From: Ascidiaceihabitans donghaensis
GTDB taxonomy: Bacteria; Pseudomonadota; Alphaproteobacteria; Rhodobacterales; Rhodobacteraceae
Direction: 5' to 3'
Assembly (NCBI RefSeq): GCF_900302465.1
Contig: NZ_OMOR01000001.1
Coordinates: forward strand, 2,696,729-2,760,728
Length of the DNA stretch: 64,000 nt
In this document: piece after piece, positions 20,219 to 29,333 of the stretch
Layout of the letters: the number at the start of each line of letters is the position of its first letter
Numbering within the stretch: position 1 is the first letter of the stretch
Notes under the pieces: model-generated
What the model was told of the DNA's origin: nothing
The model's database searches: none
What the model saw: only the letters and a program-made list of their open reading frames with translations
Position numbers and translations under genes: made by a program

Positions 20219-20609
20219 ACATTTGCTTGGCTTTTGGCGGAAATGATGTTTCACGACTTCACGGTTTACGTGTCTCGGCATCCTGTTTCCATGTCGTTGC
20301 GAACAAGATCGGGACATCTGGCGAAGTCTTGTTGCACGCGAAACGATCACGCGTCTGTGACACGTCATGAACAGCTTGTGCATTCACTCCCCGAACACTC
20401 GTTAAGCACATACATTAAAACACTAAAATCCTCACACCCCCGTGTTTTGACGCGATCAAAACAACCGCATCGTCGAGCCGTGCGAAAGTTACATCACAGA
20501 CACATCCCAGTGATCAGACGTGTTTTGTAAACCCGGTCAAACCACCCCACTTTGAATGACAGAAGACAACGAAACGGCGCTGTGCCGCATCCTTGGAAAG
20601 GACAAACAG

Positions 20610-20822
20610 ATGAAACTGATTATCTCTACCGCTGCCGCCGCTTTGATCGCCACGACGGCCATTGCCGGTCAATCAGACCGCTACCACGACAACAAACTTG
20701 ATACGTCGGCGCACGCGCAGTCGGCCAACAGCGTGACCCCGGTGGTCAGTACCCGAAACAAAGAAAAGATGGATAGGGTCGCTGACAATACATACGTCAG
20801 CAAGAATAACGACAGTCGCTGA
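20610..20822 (+). CDS. Hypothetical small secreted protein (70 aa)
   Basis: GGAAAGGA RBS followed by ATG. Signal-peptide-like MKLIISTAAAALIATTAIAG, then a hydrophilic body. No recognisable family. Followed by a strong terminator. Confidence 0.4.
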   Translation: MKLIISTAAAALIATTAIAGQSDRYHDNKLDTSAHAQSANSVTPVVSTRNKEKMDRVADNTYVSKNNDSR

Positions 20823-20884
20823 TGTTTGGCGTCAGACCACTCCGGTTCCCCTCACTGGCGTGATCTGACAGTACCAGCGCTTGG

Positions 20885-20920
20885 AACGGTCTCCTTTCCC
20901 CTAGAGGAGACCGTTTTTTT
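20885..20920. terminator. Bidirectional rho-independent terminator between the small ORF (+) and ychF (-)
   Basis: Perfect 11-bp stem AACGGTCTCCT / AGGAGACCGTT with a 9-nt loop, followed by a T7 run. Confidence 0.8.
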
Positions 20921-20924
20921 GGCA

Positions 20925-22022
20925 TCAGGTGTTGAACAAAAAGTGCAGCACGTCACCGTCTTTGACAGTATACGCTTTGCCTTCTGCGCGCATTTTTCCC
21001 GCCTCTTTGGCGGGTTGTTCCCCGCCCAAAGTCACAAAATCATCGTATGCGATGGTTTCGGCGCGGATAAAGCCCTTTTCAAAATCACCGTGAATGACAC
21101 CCGCAGCCTTTGGCGCGGAAGTGCCTGATGGAATGGTCCAAGCGCGTGCTTCTTTGGGGCCCACGGTGAAATAGGTTTCGAGGTGCAGCAATTCGTAACC
21201 TGCACGGATCAAGCGATCTAAGCCTGCTTCCTCAAGACCCATTTCCTCTAGGAACATCACGGCTTCGTCCGGTTCAAGCTGGCTGATTTCTTCTTCGATC
21301 TGGGCCGAGATAACGACATGGCTGTTGCCCTGCGCCGCGGCCATATCGGCCACAGCCTGCGCATGGGCATTGCCCTCAGCCGCTTCAGCTTCGCCCACGT
21401 TGCACACGTACAAGACAGGTTTGGACGTCAAAAGTTGCAACATCGTCCATTGTTTCTTGTCATCTTCGTCGATGTCGACGACGCGGGCCGGTTTACCGTC
21501 TTCCAATGCCGCAAGCGCCATCTTCATCAGACGTTCCTGCTCTACTGCCTCTTTGTCACCACCGCGCACCTTGCGCACCAGGTTTTGCAAACGCTTTTCG
21601 ATGCTTTCGATATCGGCCAACATCAATTCGGTCTCAATCGTTTCGGCGTCAGCCACTGGATCAACGCGGCCTTCAACATGGGTCACATCACCGTCTTCAA
21701 AGCAGCGCAACACATGGGCAATCGCGTCAACTTCGCGGATGTTGGCCAGAAACTGGTTGCCAAGCCCTTCGCCTTTGGACGCGCCTTTGACCAAGCCTGC
21801 GATGTCCACAAAGGTCATGCGCGTCGGAATGATGGATTTTGAGCTGGCAATCGCTGCCAATTTGTCCAACCGCGCGTCAGGCACAGCCACCTCACCCACA
21901 TTCGGCTCGATCGTGCAGAACGGAAAATTCGCAGCCTGCGCCGCAGCCGTTTTGGTCAGCGCGTTAAACAGCGTGGACTTGCCGACATTTGGCAATCCGA
22001 CGATACCCATTTTAAAACCCAT
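20925..22022 (-). CDS. ychF: Redox-regulated ribosome-binding ATPase YchF (Obg-family GTPase)
   Basis: [23 protein letters not shown] Walker A/G1, with a TGS-like C-terminus. The ATG at 22022 gives the canonical ~365 aa. Confidence 0.9.
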   Translation of the reverse strand: MGFKMGIVGLPNVGKSTLFNALTKTAAAQAANFPFCTIEPNVGEVAVPDARLDKLAAIASSKSIIPTRMTFVDIAGLVKGASKGEGLGNQFLANIREVDAIAHVLRCFEDGDVTHVEGRVDPVADAETIETELMLADIESIEKRLQNLVRKVRGGDKEAVEQERLMKMALAALEDGKPARVVDIDEDDKKQWTMLQLLTSKPVLYVCNVGEAEAAEGNAHAQAVADMAAAQGNSHVVISAQIEEEISQLEPDEAVMFLEEMGLEEAGLDRLIRAGYELLHLETYFTVGPKEARAWTIPSGTSAPKAAGVIHGDFEKGFIRAETIAYDDFVTLGGEQPAKEAGKMRAEGKAYTVKDGDVLHFLFNT

Positions 22023-22159
22023 GGCGCGTTCTCCTGATAACAGTTTGGCGCCTGATACGCTTATTCCCAAAACATGAAAAGGCCCAAGATGAACAGGTGT
22101 CTTGCGTTTCTTGCGCCGAGTTGGCAAAGCGGTGCGACAGATATGAAGGGATACGCGCC

Positions 22160-22951
22160 ATGACACGGATCGATGCAAAATTCGCAGAGCTGAAAGCCGC
22201 CAACAAAAAGGCGTTCGTGTCTTACGTGATGGCGGGCGACCCGGACTTTGAAACGTCCCTCGACGTTGTCAAAGGGCTGCCAGCAGCTGGCGTGGACATC
22301 ATCGAACTGGGCCTGCCCTTCACAGACCCGATGGCAGACGGCCCGACCATTCAATTGGCGGGGCAACGCGCTTTGGAAGGCGGCATGACGCTGAACAAGA
22401 CATTGGAACTGGCGCGACGGTTTCGGGAAGACGACGACACCACCCCGATCGTGCTGATGGGCTACTACAATCCGATCTATTCGCGCGGCGTTGACCGTTT
22501 TCTGGAAGATGCAAAGGCGGCTGGCATCGACGGGTTGATCGTGGTGGATCTGCCACCGGAAGAAGACAGCGAACTGTGTATTCCTGCGCAAAAAGCCGGT
22601 TTGAACTTTATCCGGCTGGCCACCCCCACAACCGACGAAAAACGCTTGCCGCGCGTTTTGCAAAACACATCCGGATTTGTCTATTACGTGTCGATCAACG
22701 GCATCACCGGTTCCGCCGAGGCCGAAGCCACAAACGTGGGTCCCGAAGTCACCCGCATCAAAAGCTCAACGGATTTGCCTGTGATCGTAGGGTTCGGAAT
22801 CAACACGCCGGAAAAGGCCGAAAACATCGCTTCTGTTGCGGATGGTGCGGTCGTGGGCTCCGCTATCGTGTCAAAACTGGCGTCTGGCGCATCGGTATCA
22901 GAGGTTCTGGATTTCGTGAAATCCTTGTCAGATGGCGCCCATCGCGCCTGA
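22160..22951 (+). CDS. trpA: Tryptophan synthase alpha subunit
   Basis: TrpA motifs [38 protein letters not shown]. 263 aa from the ATG at 22160. Confidence 0.9.
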   Translation: MTRIDAKFAELKAANKKAFVSYVMAGDPDFETSLDVVKGLPAAGVDIIELGLPFTDPMADGPTIQLAGQRALEGGMTLNKTLELARRFREDDDTTPIVLMGYYNPIYSRGVDRFLEDAKAAGIDGLIVVDLPPEEDSELCIPAQKAGLNFIRLATPTTDEKRLPRVLQNTSGFVYYVSINGITGSAEAEATNVGPEVTRIKSSTDLPVIVGFGINTPEKAENIASVADGAVVGSAIVSKLASGASVSEVLDFVKSLSDGAHRA

Positions 22952-23015
22952 AGCCCATCCCCACGCCCAACCCAAGAAAGCTTGAGAACATCAAGGTCGT
23001 TCCGTAAGGTGGACT

Positions 23016-23480
23016 TCAGTCCACCCCGTGAGGCTTGTTGCGGCGCTCGTCCAAAAAGATACGCAGTTCTGTCAGAACGGGTTTGATGGCTGCCAATCGG
23101 TTCAAGTCAAAGGCTTTGATCAAGTCCATAGAATCGCCCACCAGATCCGTGATCGTTTGCGCACGCAGATCTTTTCCAGCCTGCGTGAGCCAAACCTGCT
23201 TGGACCGCCCATCGTCAGGATTGGCACGGATTTCAACCAGATCGCGGGCCAAAAGCCCTTTCAATGTGTGCGTCATCGAGGTTTTTGGAACCTGAAACGC
23301 CCGCGCCATCGTCAATGGTGTCTGCCCGTCTTTGACACGGGTCAGATGGTTCAAAACCGTAAAGTGAGGCGCGATTAACCCGTCCGGCAAACGCGCCTCC
23401 AATGACGCCCGCGTCAATTGTTCAATGATCCCGATTTCGTTGAAAATCTCGAATATCAGGGTCGGTTCGTGATCAGGCAT
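23016..23480 (-). CDS. MarR-family transcriptional regulator
   Basis: 154 aa with a wHTH (LTMARAFQVPKTSMTHTLKGLLARDLVEIRANPDDGRSKQVWLT). Overlaps the upstream gene by 8 bp, suggesting an operon. Confidence 0.85.
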   Translation of the reverse strand: MPDHEPTLIFEIFNEIGIIEQLTRASLEARLPDGLIAPHFTVLNHLTRVKDGQTPLTMARAFQVPKTSMTHTLKGLLARDLVEIRANPDDGRSKQVWLTQAGKDLRAQTITDLVGDSMDLIKAFDLNRLAAIKPVLTELRIFLDERRNKPHGVD

Positions 23481-24579
23481 GCTTCAATTTGTGCTCCAAC
23501 GCCCATCGCGGCGTGCGCGGGATTGTTGGACCGTAGCCCAAGCGGCCCAGCATTTGAACCGTTTCTCCGGGACCAGCAAAAATCTCGTGGGCCGCCGCAT
23601 AGTGATCGTGCATTTCTGGATACTCCTGCAAACACTGACTGACAGGGTGCAACGCCAAACCTGCTTGCGTTGTTGCAAGGTTCAAACGCAGCCACCGCGC
23701 CCCGGCGTCAAGTTGGTCGGCCCGTGTGTTTGTTTTACTGGTCAAAACCGCATAGGCGGGTGTCGCCTCTAACATGGTTTTGTACATGCGCACCCCTTCC
23801 TCAAATGAATAGGTGCCCGGCGTTGCAAGGTCTTCACGCGACAACATCCCCAAGGCCATCGCACTTTCCAGAAAGCCGCCCCCAATATCCAATCCATCCG
23901 GTGACGCATTGATCTCGGACTTGCCCATCCGCATCAAATCAATACTTTCTTGCAACGTGCGCGGCGTTTCATACTCAACTTGCCACGCGTCAAATGTCAG
24001 CTTGCGCAAAGTTTCAACGACAGCAGGGTCTGTATAAATGTCTGCAAATGCGGCCAGTTTTTCGGCCAAGTTTTCTGGCACAGGCTTGTCTTCAAACGGC
24101 TCTTTACACGATCTGCGGTTCATTATTCCGGCCACCAAAGGATCAGCATTGCCTCCGCTTGCGAATGTCAGGGCTGCAACAGGGCCGTTCGCGCCATCGG
24201 GAAACGGCTGCATGTCAACGCTGTACCCCATAGCCGACGCCGCAATGCGCGTCTGCTCCAACACGCATCCCATTCCGATCATGATTTGACGGTCTAAGGG
24301 GTCGGTTTCAGGGAGGCGCTTGGATGTGTCGTGATGCAACAGCAGCCCGTCGTCCCCCACCAGTTCAATCACCCATGGCTGTAGGTTGTGCGGGTTGGGT
24401 GCCAGCAAACCAAAGGACACAGCATTCAGGCGCGGGTCATCATACCCCCCCGCCAAATCCCACGGCGCAAGTGCCGCATGCGGGGTACGCGTCCCCCAAA
24501 AGGTTGCGACAGCGGCGGTTGCGGCCAGAACGGCGCCGCCCCCGATCAGGGCGATGGCTTTGCGGCGGGATACAGGCAT
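23473..24579 (-). CDS. Tat-signal nitroreductase-family (Acg-like FMN-binding) protein
   Basis: Twin-arginine motif SRRKAIALIGGGAVLAATAA, and an RRS(C)K segment typical of the nitroreductase fold. Start at MPVSRRK. Confidence 0.65.
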   Translation of the reverse strand: MPVSRRKAIALIGGGAVLAATAAVATFWGTRTPHAALAPWDLAGGYDDPRLNAVSFGLLAPNPHNLQPWVIELVGDDGLLLHHDTSKRLPETDPLDRQIMIGMGCVLEQTRIAASAMGYSVDMQPFPDGANGPVAALTFASGGNADPLVAGIMNRRSCKEPFEDKPVPENLAEKLAAFADIYTDPAVVETLRKLTFDAWQVEYETPRTLQESIDLMRMGKSEINASPDGLDIGGGFLESAMALGMLSREDLATPGTYSFEEGVRMYKTMLEATPAYAVLTSKTNTRADQLDAGARWLRLNLATTQAGLALHPVSQCLQEYPEMHDHYAAAHEIFAGPGETVQMLGRLGYGPTIPRTPRWALEHKLKHA

Positions 24580-24594
24580 GAAAATCTCCATTTG

Positions 24595-24651
24595 GTGCGA
24601 TATCGAACTACATAGTCAATCCGCGCCCTTGAAACAAGTACGATATCGCAC
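24595..24651. promoter_or_regulatory. Candidate MarR operator pair: perfect 11-bp inverted repeat GTGCGATATCG-N35-CGATATCGCAC in divergent promoter region
   Basis: Each arm contains the palindromic octamer CGATATCG. It lies 16-72 nt upstream of the nitroreductase-MarR operon start and 70-125 nt upstream of the alpha-hydroxy-acid dehydrogenase start. Confidence 0.55.
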
Positions 24652-24721
24652 TTTATTTCAATCTTGCCAGCAATGTCCTGAATTGGTAACAAAACCTGAC
24701 CAATATGCGGAGTTCGCAACC

Positions 24722-25888
24722 ATGCCTGTCATCACCAACATCGCCGACTTGAAACGCCTGCACGCGTCACGTGTGCCACGCATGTTTTATGATTACGCTG
24801 AATCAGGCAGCTGGACCGAACAGACCTTTCGCGAAAATACATCCGACTTCGACCAAATCCGCCTACGTCAGCGCGTCGCCGTGGATATGACGGGTCGGTC
24901 CACCGCCACACAAATGATAGGTCAGGACGTGGCCATGCCAGTCGCCTTGGCCCCCGTTGGCCTTACAGGCATGCAACACGCAGATGGCGAAATCAAAGCA
25001 GCCCGCGCCGCTGAGGCGTTTGGCGTGCCGTATACCCTGTCCACAATGTCCATAAACTCGATCGAGGATGTGGCCGAAGCTACAACAAAGCCTTTCTGGT
25101 TCCAACTTTACACCATGAAAGACACCGATTACGTCAGCCGTCTGATCCAGCGGGCCAAAGACGCAAAATGTTCGGCTTTGGTCATCACACTGGACCTGCA
25201 AATTCTGGGGCAACGTCACAAAGACCTGAAAAACGGCCTGTCTGCTCCGCCCAAGCTAACTGTGAAAACCTTGGCAAATCTGGCGACCAAATGGTCATGG
25301 GGCATTGAAATGCTACGTGCCCAGCGGCGCGAATTTGGCAATATCGTAGGCCACGTCGACGGCATCAGCGACGCCTCAAGCCTTGGCGCATGGACTGCCG
25401 AACAATTCGATCCAAGCCTGGATTGGGACAAGATCGCCAAGTTAAAAGAAGAATGGGGCGGCAAGGTCATTCTGAAAGGTATTCTGGACGCCGAAGACGC
25501 CAAAATGGCCCTTAAAGTCGGCGCTGACGCCATCATCGTGTCCAACCACGGCGGGCGTCAACTGGATGGTGCCTTGTCTTCCATTCGCGCATTGCCGTCC
25601 ATTCTGGAAGCTGTTGGTGATCAGGTCGAAGTGCATCTGGACAGCGGTATTCGCAGCGGGCAGGACGTGTTGAAAGCCGTCGCTATGGGGGCCAAGGGCA
25701 CCTATATCGGACGCGCCTACATCTACGGGTTGGGCGCAATGGGCCAGCCGGGCGTCACCGAAGCGCTGAATGTTATCCACAAGGAACTCGACACCACCAT
25801 GGCGCTGTGTGGCGAAGTGAATGTTGCCGATTTGGGACGCCAAAACCTACTTGTGCCGCAAGATTTCGAAGGACGCTGGCAAGACTGA
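24722..25888 (+). CDS. FMN-dependent alpha-hydroxy acid dehydrogenase/oxidase (L-lactate dehydrogenase LldD family)
   Basis: 388 aa from the ATG at 24722. Family motifs include MFYDYAESGSWTE, VSNHGGRQLDG and GRAYIYGL. Confidence 0.85.
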   Translation: MPVITNIADLKRLHASRVPRMFYDYAESGSWTEQTFRENTSDFDQIRLRQRVAVDMTGRSTATQMIGQDVAMPVALAPVGLTGMQHADGEIKAARAAEAFGVPYTLSTMSINSIEDVAEATTKPFWFQLYTMKDTDYVSRLIQRAKDAKCSALVITLDLQILGQRHKDLKNGLSAPPKLTVKTLANLATKWSWGIEMLRAQRREFGNIVGHVDGISDASSLGAWTAEQFDPSLDWDKIAKLKEEWGGKVILKGILDAEDAKMALKVGADAIIVSNHGGRQLDGALSSIRALPSILEAVGDQVEVHLDSGIRSGQDVLKAVAMGAKGTYIGRAYIYGLGAMGQPGVTEALNVIHKELDTTMALCGEVNVADLGRQNLLVPQDFEGRWQD

Positions 25889-25911
25889 AGTCTCTGGACT
25901 ACCTTGGCTTT

Positions 25912-26529
25912 ATGTTGGTGTTTTCTGATCAAAATCTCGCGTTTCTCGCTGTGCCAAAAACCGGAACCACAGCCATTGAGATGGCTCTGAAGCCGCGCGC
26001 AGATGTTATTTTCAGCAAACATCGCAAACACATGCCAGCCGCAAAGTATCGCAACAAGATCCTGCCCTTTCTGGACGGGACACTTGGGGTCCGGCCTGCG
26101 GCCTTTGCGGTGATGCGCGACCCCATCGAACAAATCCGCAGTTGGTTTCGGTATCGCAGTGCGCCCCGATTGAATGGCAGCGCCAAAAGCACAAACGGGT
26201 GCAGTTTTGACGATTTCGTGCTGGAAGTGATCAAAAAAGATCACGCGCCGTTTGCGGGGATCGGAAGCCAGTTTTCGTTTTTATGCTCGGGCGCTGGCAC
26301 TCCGCTGGTTGATCATATCTTTGCCTATGAAACGCAGCCAAAACTCATTGCGTTTCTGGAGGACGCGTTCAACGCGCCCATGAACTTGCAACAACGCAAT
26401 GTATCACCGCCTGTCAAAGCCCCCCTATCTCCCGAGGTAGAGGGAAAATTGCGCATTGCACGGGCCCAAGAATTCGCCCTGTATGACAGTATCGTTGCAG
26501 CAGACGGACATTTGATCACGCCCCAATAG
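25912..26529 (+). CDS. Small sulfotransferase-family protein (PAPS-dependent type)
   Basis: 5'-PSB loop-like AVPKTGTTAIE and a 3'-PB-like VMRDPIEQIRSWF. 205 aa, lying 23 nt downstream of the dehydrogenase. Confidence 0.55.
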   Translation: MLVFSDQNLAFLAVPKTGTTAIEMALKPRADVIFSKHRKHMPAAKYRNKILPFLDGTLGVRPAAFAVMRDPIEQIRSWFRYRSAPRLNGSAKSTNGCSFDDFVLEVIKKDHAPFAGIGSQFSFLCSGAGTPLVDHIFAYETQPKLIAFLEDAFNAPMNLQQRNVSPPVKAPLSPEVEGKLRIARAQEFALYDSIVAADGHLITPQ

Positions 26530-27688
26530 GTGCTTTCGAAACCTCTTGTGCCAACCGGCCGTACAATGGCACCAAGACCACCCCCACCAGTGCCAAAAGC
26601 ACCGCAACCACAACAAACGCTGTCCGCAATCCAAACCCTTCCGCGACAAATCCCATCAGCGGCGGCCCAAGAAAGAACGCGCCATACCCGATAGCAGAGG
26701 CGCGGCTTATGGCAGTCAAACGCACGTCACCACGCACACTACGCCCCAGCAGGCCAAGTGCCAAAGGCGCCACCACGGACACCCCCAACCCCCCAAGACC
26801 AAAGCCCAGATAGGCCACTGCCAGATTGGGCGCGATCCCTGCCAAAAACATCCCGAACGCAGATATCAAAAGCGCTATGATCATCGCGTGAATGTCCCGA
26901 CCTGTATAGTTGATAAAGTGCCATCCCAAGCGACCGATCCCCATGGTCAGCCCCAATATTGCAGGCCCCATAGCCCCTTGCGCCGCCCCACCTTGCAGCG
27001 TGCGTTCAATATGCAGCGCGGACCATCCTTCGCTGGACGCTTCTGCCAGAAAGGCAACCAGCACGACAGCGCCGGCCGTCAAGACAAACCCCAACGGGAC
27101 ACGCGCAGGCAGCGCATCTATACCCGTCTCAAGCCGGTGCCTTTTGGGAATACGCATCAAAAGGCACAGACAAACAATGCCCATGCCAAAAACGATGAAG
27201 ATCGACAACGTGGCCCATCCCGCCTCGCGCATCCAACCGGTGGCAAGGGCCGCCCCTGCGTAGGAAAAGGAAAAAAGCCCATGGTTCAGGTTCATCAAAG
27301 CCACCCCGGTGTCGGCTTCGACTTCGGCGATTTCAGCGTTGGCCAGAACATCAACGATTCCCGCCCCTGCGGCCATCACCCCCAACGCGAGACCGAAAAA
27401 AACGATCTGTGACGACATGCCGACAAAGATGAACCCCGTTCCAACCAAAAAGCTGCCCACCATCAAACTGTAAGCCCCCGCCCACTTATGGGCCAATGGT
27501 GCCAACCACATGGCCAGCAAAGCACCGACAGATGCCAACAACATCACCAGTCCATAAACACTATCTGATGCTTCGATTTCAGACTTTAAAACAGGGGCTT
27601 GCGCAGAAAACGACGCCCATGCCAGGCCAATCACCAAAAAGCTGGCCAAAGGGGCGCGAGTGCGCGATATGTCCTGGAGAATACTCAT
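26516..27688 (-). CDS. MFS transporter
   Basis: 12 predicted TM helices, with the two-halves architecture of the MFS. Confidence 0.8.
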   Translation of the reverse strand: MSILQDISRTRAPLASFLVIGLAWASFSAQAPVLKSEIEASDSVYGLVMLLASVGALLAMWLAPLAHKWAGAYSLMVGSFLVGTGFIFVGMSSQIVFFGLALGVMAAGAGIVDVLANAEIAEVEADTGVALMNLNHGLFSFSYAGAALATGWMREAGWATLSIFIVFGMGIVCLCLLMRIPKRHRLETGIDALPARVPLGFVLTAGAVVLVAFLAEASSEGWSALHIERTLQGGAAQGAMGPAILGLTMGIGRLGWHFINYTGRDIHAMIIALLISAFGMFLAGIAPNLAVAYLGFGLGGLGVSVVAPLALGLLGRSVRGDVRLTAISRASAIGYGAFFLGPPLMGFVAEGFGLRTAFVVVAVLLALVGVVLVPLYGRLAQEVSKAPIGA

Positions 27689-27849
27689 CAAGGTATCTGG
27701 TGACAGCCTTTGTTTGCAGGGACAAGACAAAGACGCCGTCGCTTTGGTTTTTTGCCTCTTCCCCTGCTCGATAATCCGGTCTATACGCGCGACTTCACGC
27801 GGGACGACAGCCTTGGAGGCGTCCTGCCCTAAAAATATTGGAGAATACT

Positions 27850-28488
27850 ATGGCTGGAGAGATTCCTGATCTCGAAGCTTTGGAACGGACGGGGACAGGC
27901 AAGGGCGCCGCTCGTCAGGCACGCCGCGATGGCATGGTTCCGGGCATTGTTTTTGGTGGTGACGTAGATCCTTTGCCGATCAACATCCCCTTCAACAAGC
28001 TGTTCAAAATGTTGAAAGCGGGCCGCTTTAAGTCGACCTTGTTCAACATGAAGGTAGAGGGCCACGACGACGTGCGTGTGATCTGCCGCGACGTGCAGCG
28101 CCACGTTGTTAAAGACTTGCCAACGCACGTTGATTTCATGCGCTTGAAGCGCACCACAAAAATCAACCTGTTCATCAACGTTGAAGCATCCGGCGAAGAT
28201 GTATCGCCCGGCATCAAGAAGGGCGGCGTACTGACGCTGGTCCGTTCCGAAGTCGAACTGGTTGTAACAGCTGCTGACATCCCTGAATTCATCACAGTTG
28301 ACGTGTCCGAACTGGACATCGGCGACAACGCGACAATTTCGAACGTGAAGCTGCCTGCAGGCTGCAAACCAACGATTGACCGTGACTTTGTGATCGCTCA
28401 GGTATCTGCGCCATCCGGTCTGCGTTCTTCCGAAAGCGAAGATGACGCCGCGGAAGAAGCTGGTGAAGAAGCCGCAGCAGAAGAATAA
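27850..28488 (+). CDS. rplY: 50S ribosomal protein L25 / general stress protein Ctc
   Basis: L25/Ctc family N-domain with an acidic C-terminal tail ([16 protein letters not shown]). GGAG RBS upstream of the ATG at 27850. Confidence 0.9.
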   Translation: MAGEIPDLEALERTGTGKGAARQARRDGMVPGIVFGGDVDPLPINIPFNKLFKMLKAGRFKSTLFNMKVEGHDDVRVICRDVQRHVVKDLPTHVDFMRLKRTTKINLFINVEASGEDVSPGIKKGGVLTLVRSEVELVVTAADIPEFITVDVSELDIGDNATISNVKLPAGCKPTIDRDFVIAQVSAPSGLRSSESEDDAAEEAGEEAAAEE

Positions 28489-28515
28489 GCCAATCCTGCA
28501 AGGGTTTGCTGTGAA

Positions 28516-28546
28516 CGGGGTGCCTATCGGGTGCCCCGTTTTTTTG
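28516..28546 (+). terminator. Rho-independent terminator after rplY
   Basis: Stem CGGGGTGCC / GGTGCCCCG (two G-U pairs), then a T7 run. Confidence 0.65.
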
Positions 28547-28619
28547 TGTGCCGCGGCCTCTTGGCTGGAGCATTCACAAGCGGCTGTGTAATGTCGCACC
28601 AACCAAGTGGGGAAGAAAC

Positions 28620-29333
28620 ATGAAACTGATCGTGGGTTTGGGCAATCCAGGGGCCAAATATGCGGGACACCGCCATAATATCGGCTTCATGGCCTTGGAT
28701 ATGATCGCTGCCGATCACGGCTTTGGCCCGTGGAAAGGCAAACACAACGGGGCCGTGTCCGAAGGCCGCTTCGGGTCGGACCGTGCCGCTTTGCTAAAGC
28801 CCGAAACCTTCATGAACAATTCCGGTCAATCCGTGCAGGCCGCCATGCGGTTTTACAAGCTGACTCCAGAAGATGTCATTGTTTTGCATGATGAAATTGA
28901 TCTGGCCCCCGGTAAAGTCAAATACAAGATGGGCGGCGGGCACGCAGGCCACAACGGATTGCGATCCATCCACCAACACATCGGCCCCGACTACGGGCGC
29001 GTGCGCTTGGGCGTGGGCCATCCCGGCCACAAAGACCGCGTGCCGGGGTATGTGTTGCATGATTTTTCACGCGCTGATCAGGATTGGTTGGACGATGTGC
29101 TGCGGGGCTGTGCCGATGGTGCGCCGCATCTGGCCGCAGGTGACAGCGCGAAGTTCATGAATGCTGTCGGGATGCGTGTGTCGCCACAACGGCCAAGCTC
29201 CGGCACCAAAGCCCCCAACAAAACTTCGGCCAAAACCGCGGCTAAACCTGCGGGCGAAGCTCCAAAACCCGTCCCCGAGGCCACCCCCGACACGCGAAAC
29301 GCGATGCAAAAGCTGATGGACAAGTTCAAATGA
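28620..29333 (+). CDS. pth: Peptidyl-tRNA hydrolase with alphaproteobacterial C-terminal extension
   Basis: MKLIVGLGNPGAKYAGHRHNIGFMALD, a canonical Pth N-terminus, with catalytic His in HNIG. Lys/Ala/Pro-rich C-terminal tail. Confidence 0.9.
   Translation: MKLIVGLGNPGAKYAGHRHNIGFMALDMIAADHGFGPWKGKHNGAVSEGRFGSDRAALLKPETFMNNSGQSVQAAMRFYKLTPEDVIVLHDEIDLAPGKVKYKMGGGHAGHNGLRSIHQHIGPDYGRVRLGVGHPGHKDRVPGYVLHDFSRADQDWLDDVLRGCADGAPHLAAGDSAKFMNAVGMRVSPQRPSSGTKAPNKTSAKTAAKPAGEAPKPVPEATPDTRNAMQKLMDKFK

Noticed and set aside
20234-20530. 98-aa ORF in the AT-richer intergenic region upstream of the small secreted ORF
   Set aside because: No RBS, an odd His/Arg-rich composition, and it spans what looks like promoter or leader DNA. 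Treated as non-coding.
22023-22159. Search for a tRNA-derived repeat at the ychF/trpA junction to match the tRNA at the other inversion boundary
   Set aside because: No GGTTCGATTCC-like box or tRNA fragment seen. Only a 10-nt inverted match (GAAAAGGCCC/GGGCCTTTTC) to the trpB-proximal junction, which could be chance.
23008-23025. Hairpin GGTGGA-CTTCAG-TCCACC between convergent trpA and the MarR gene, as a terminator
   Set aside because: Only a 6-bp stem with no flanking T-run on either strand. At best a weak or Rho-dependent site.
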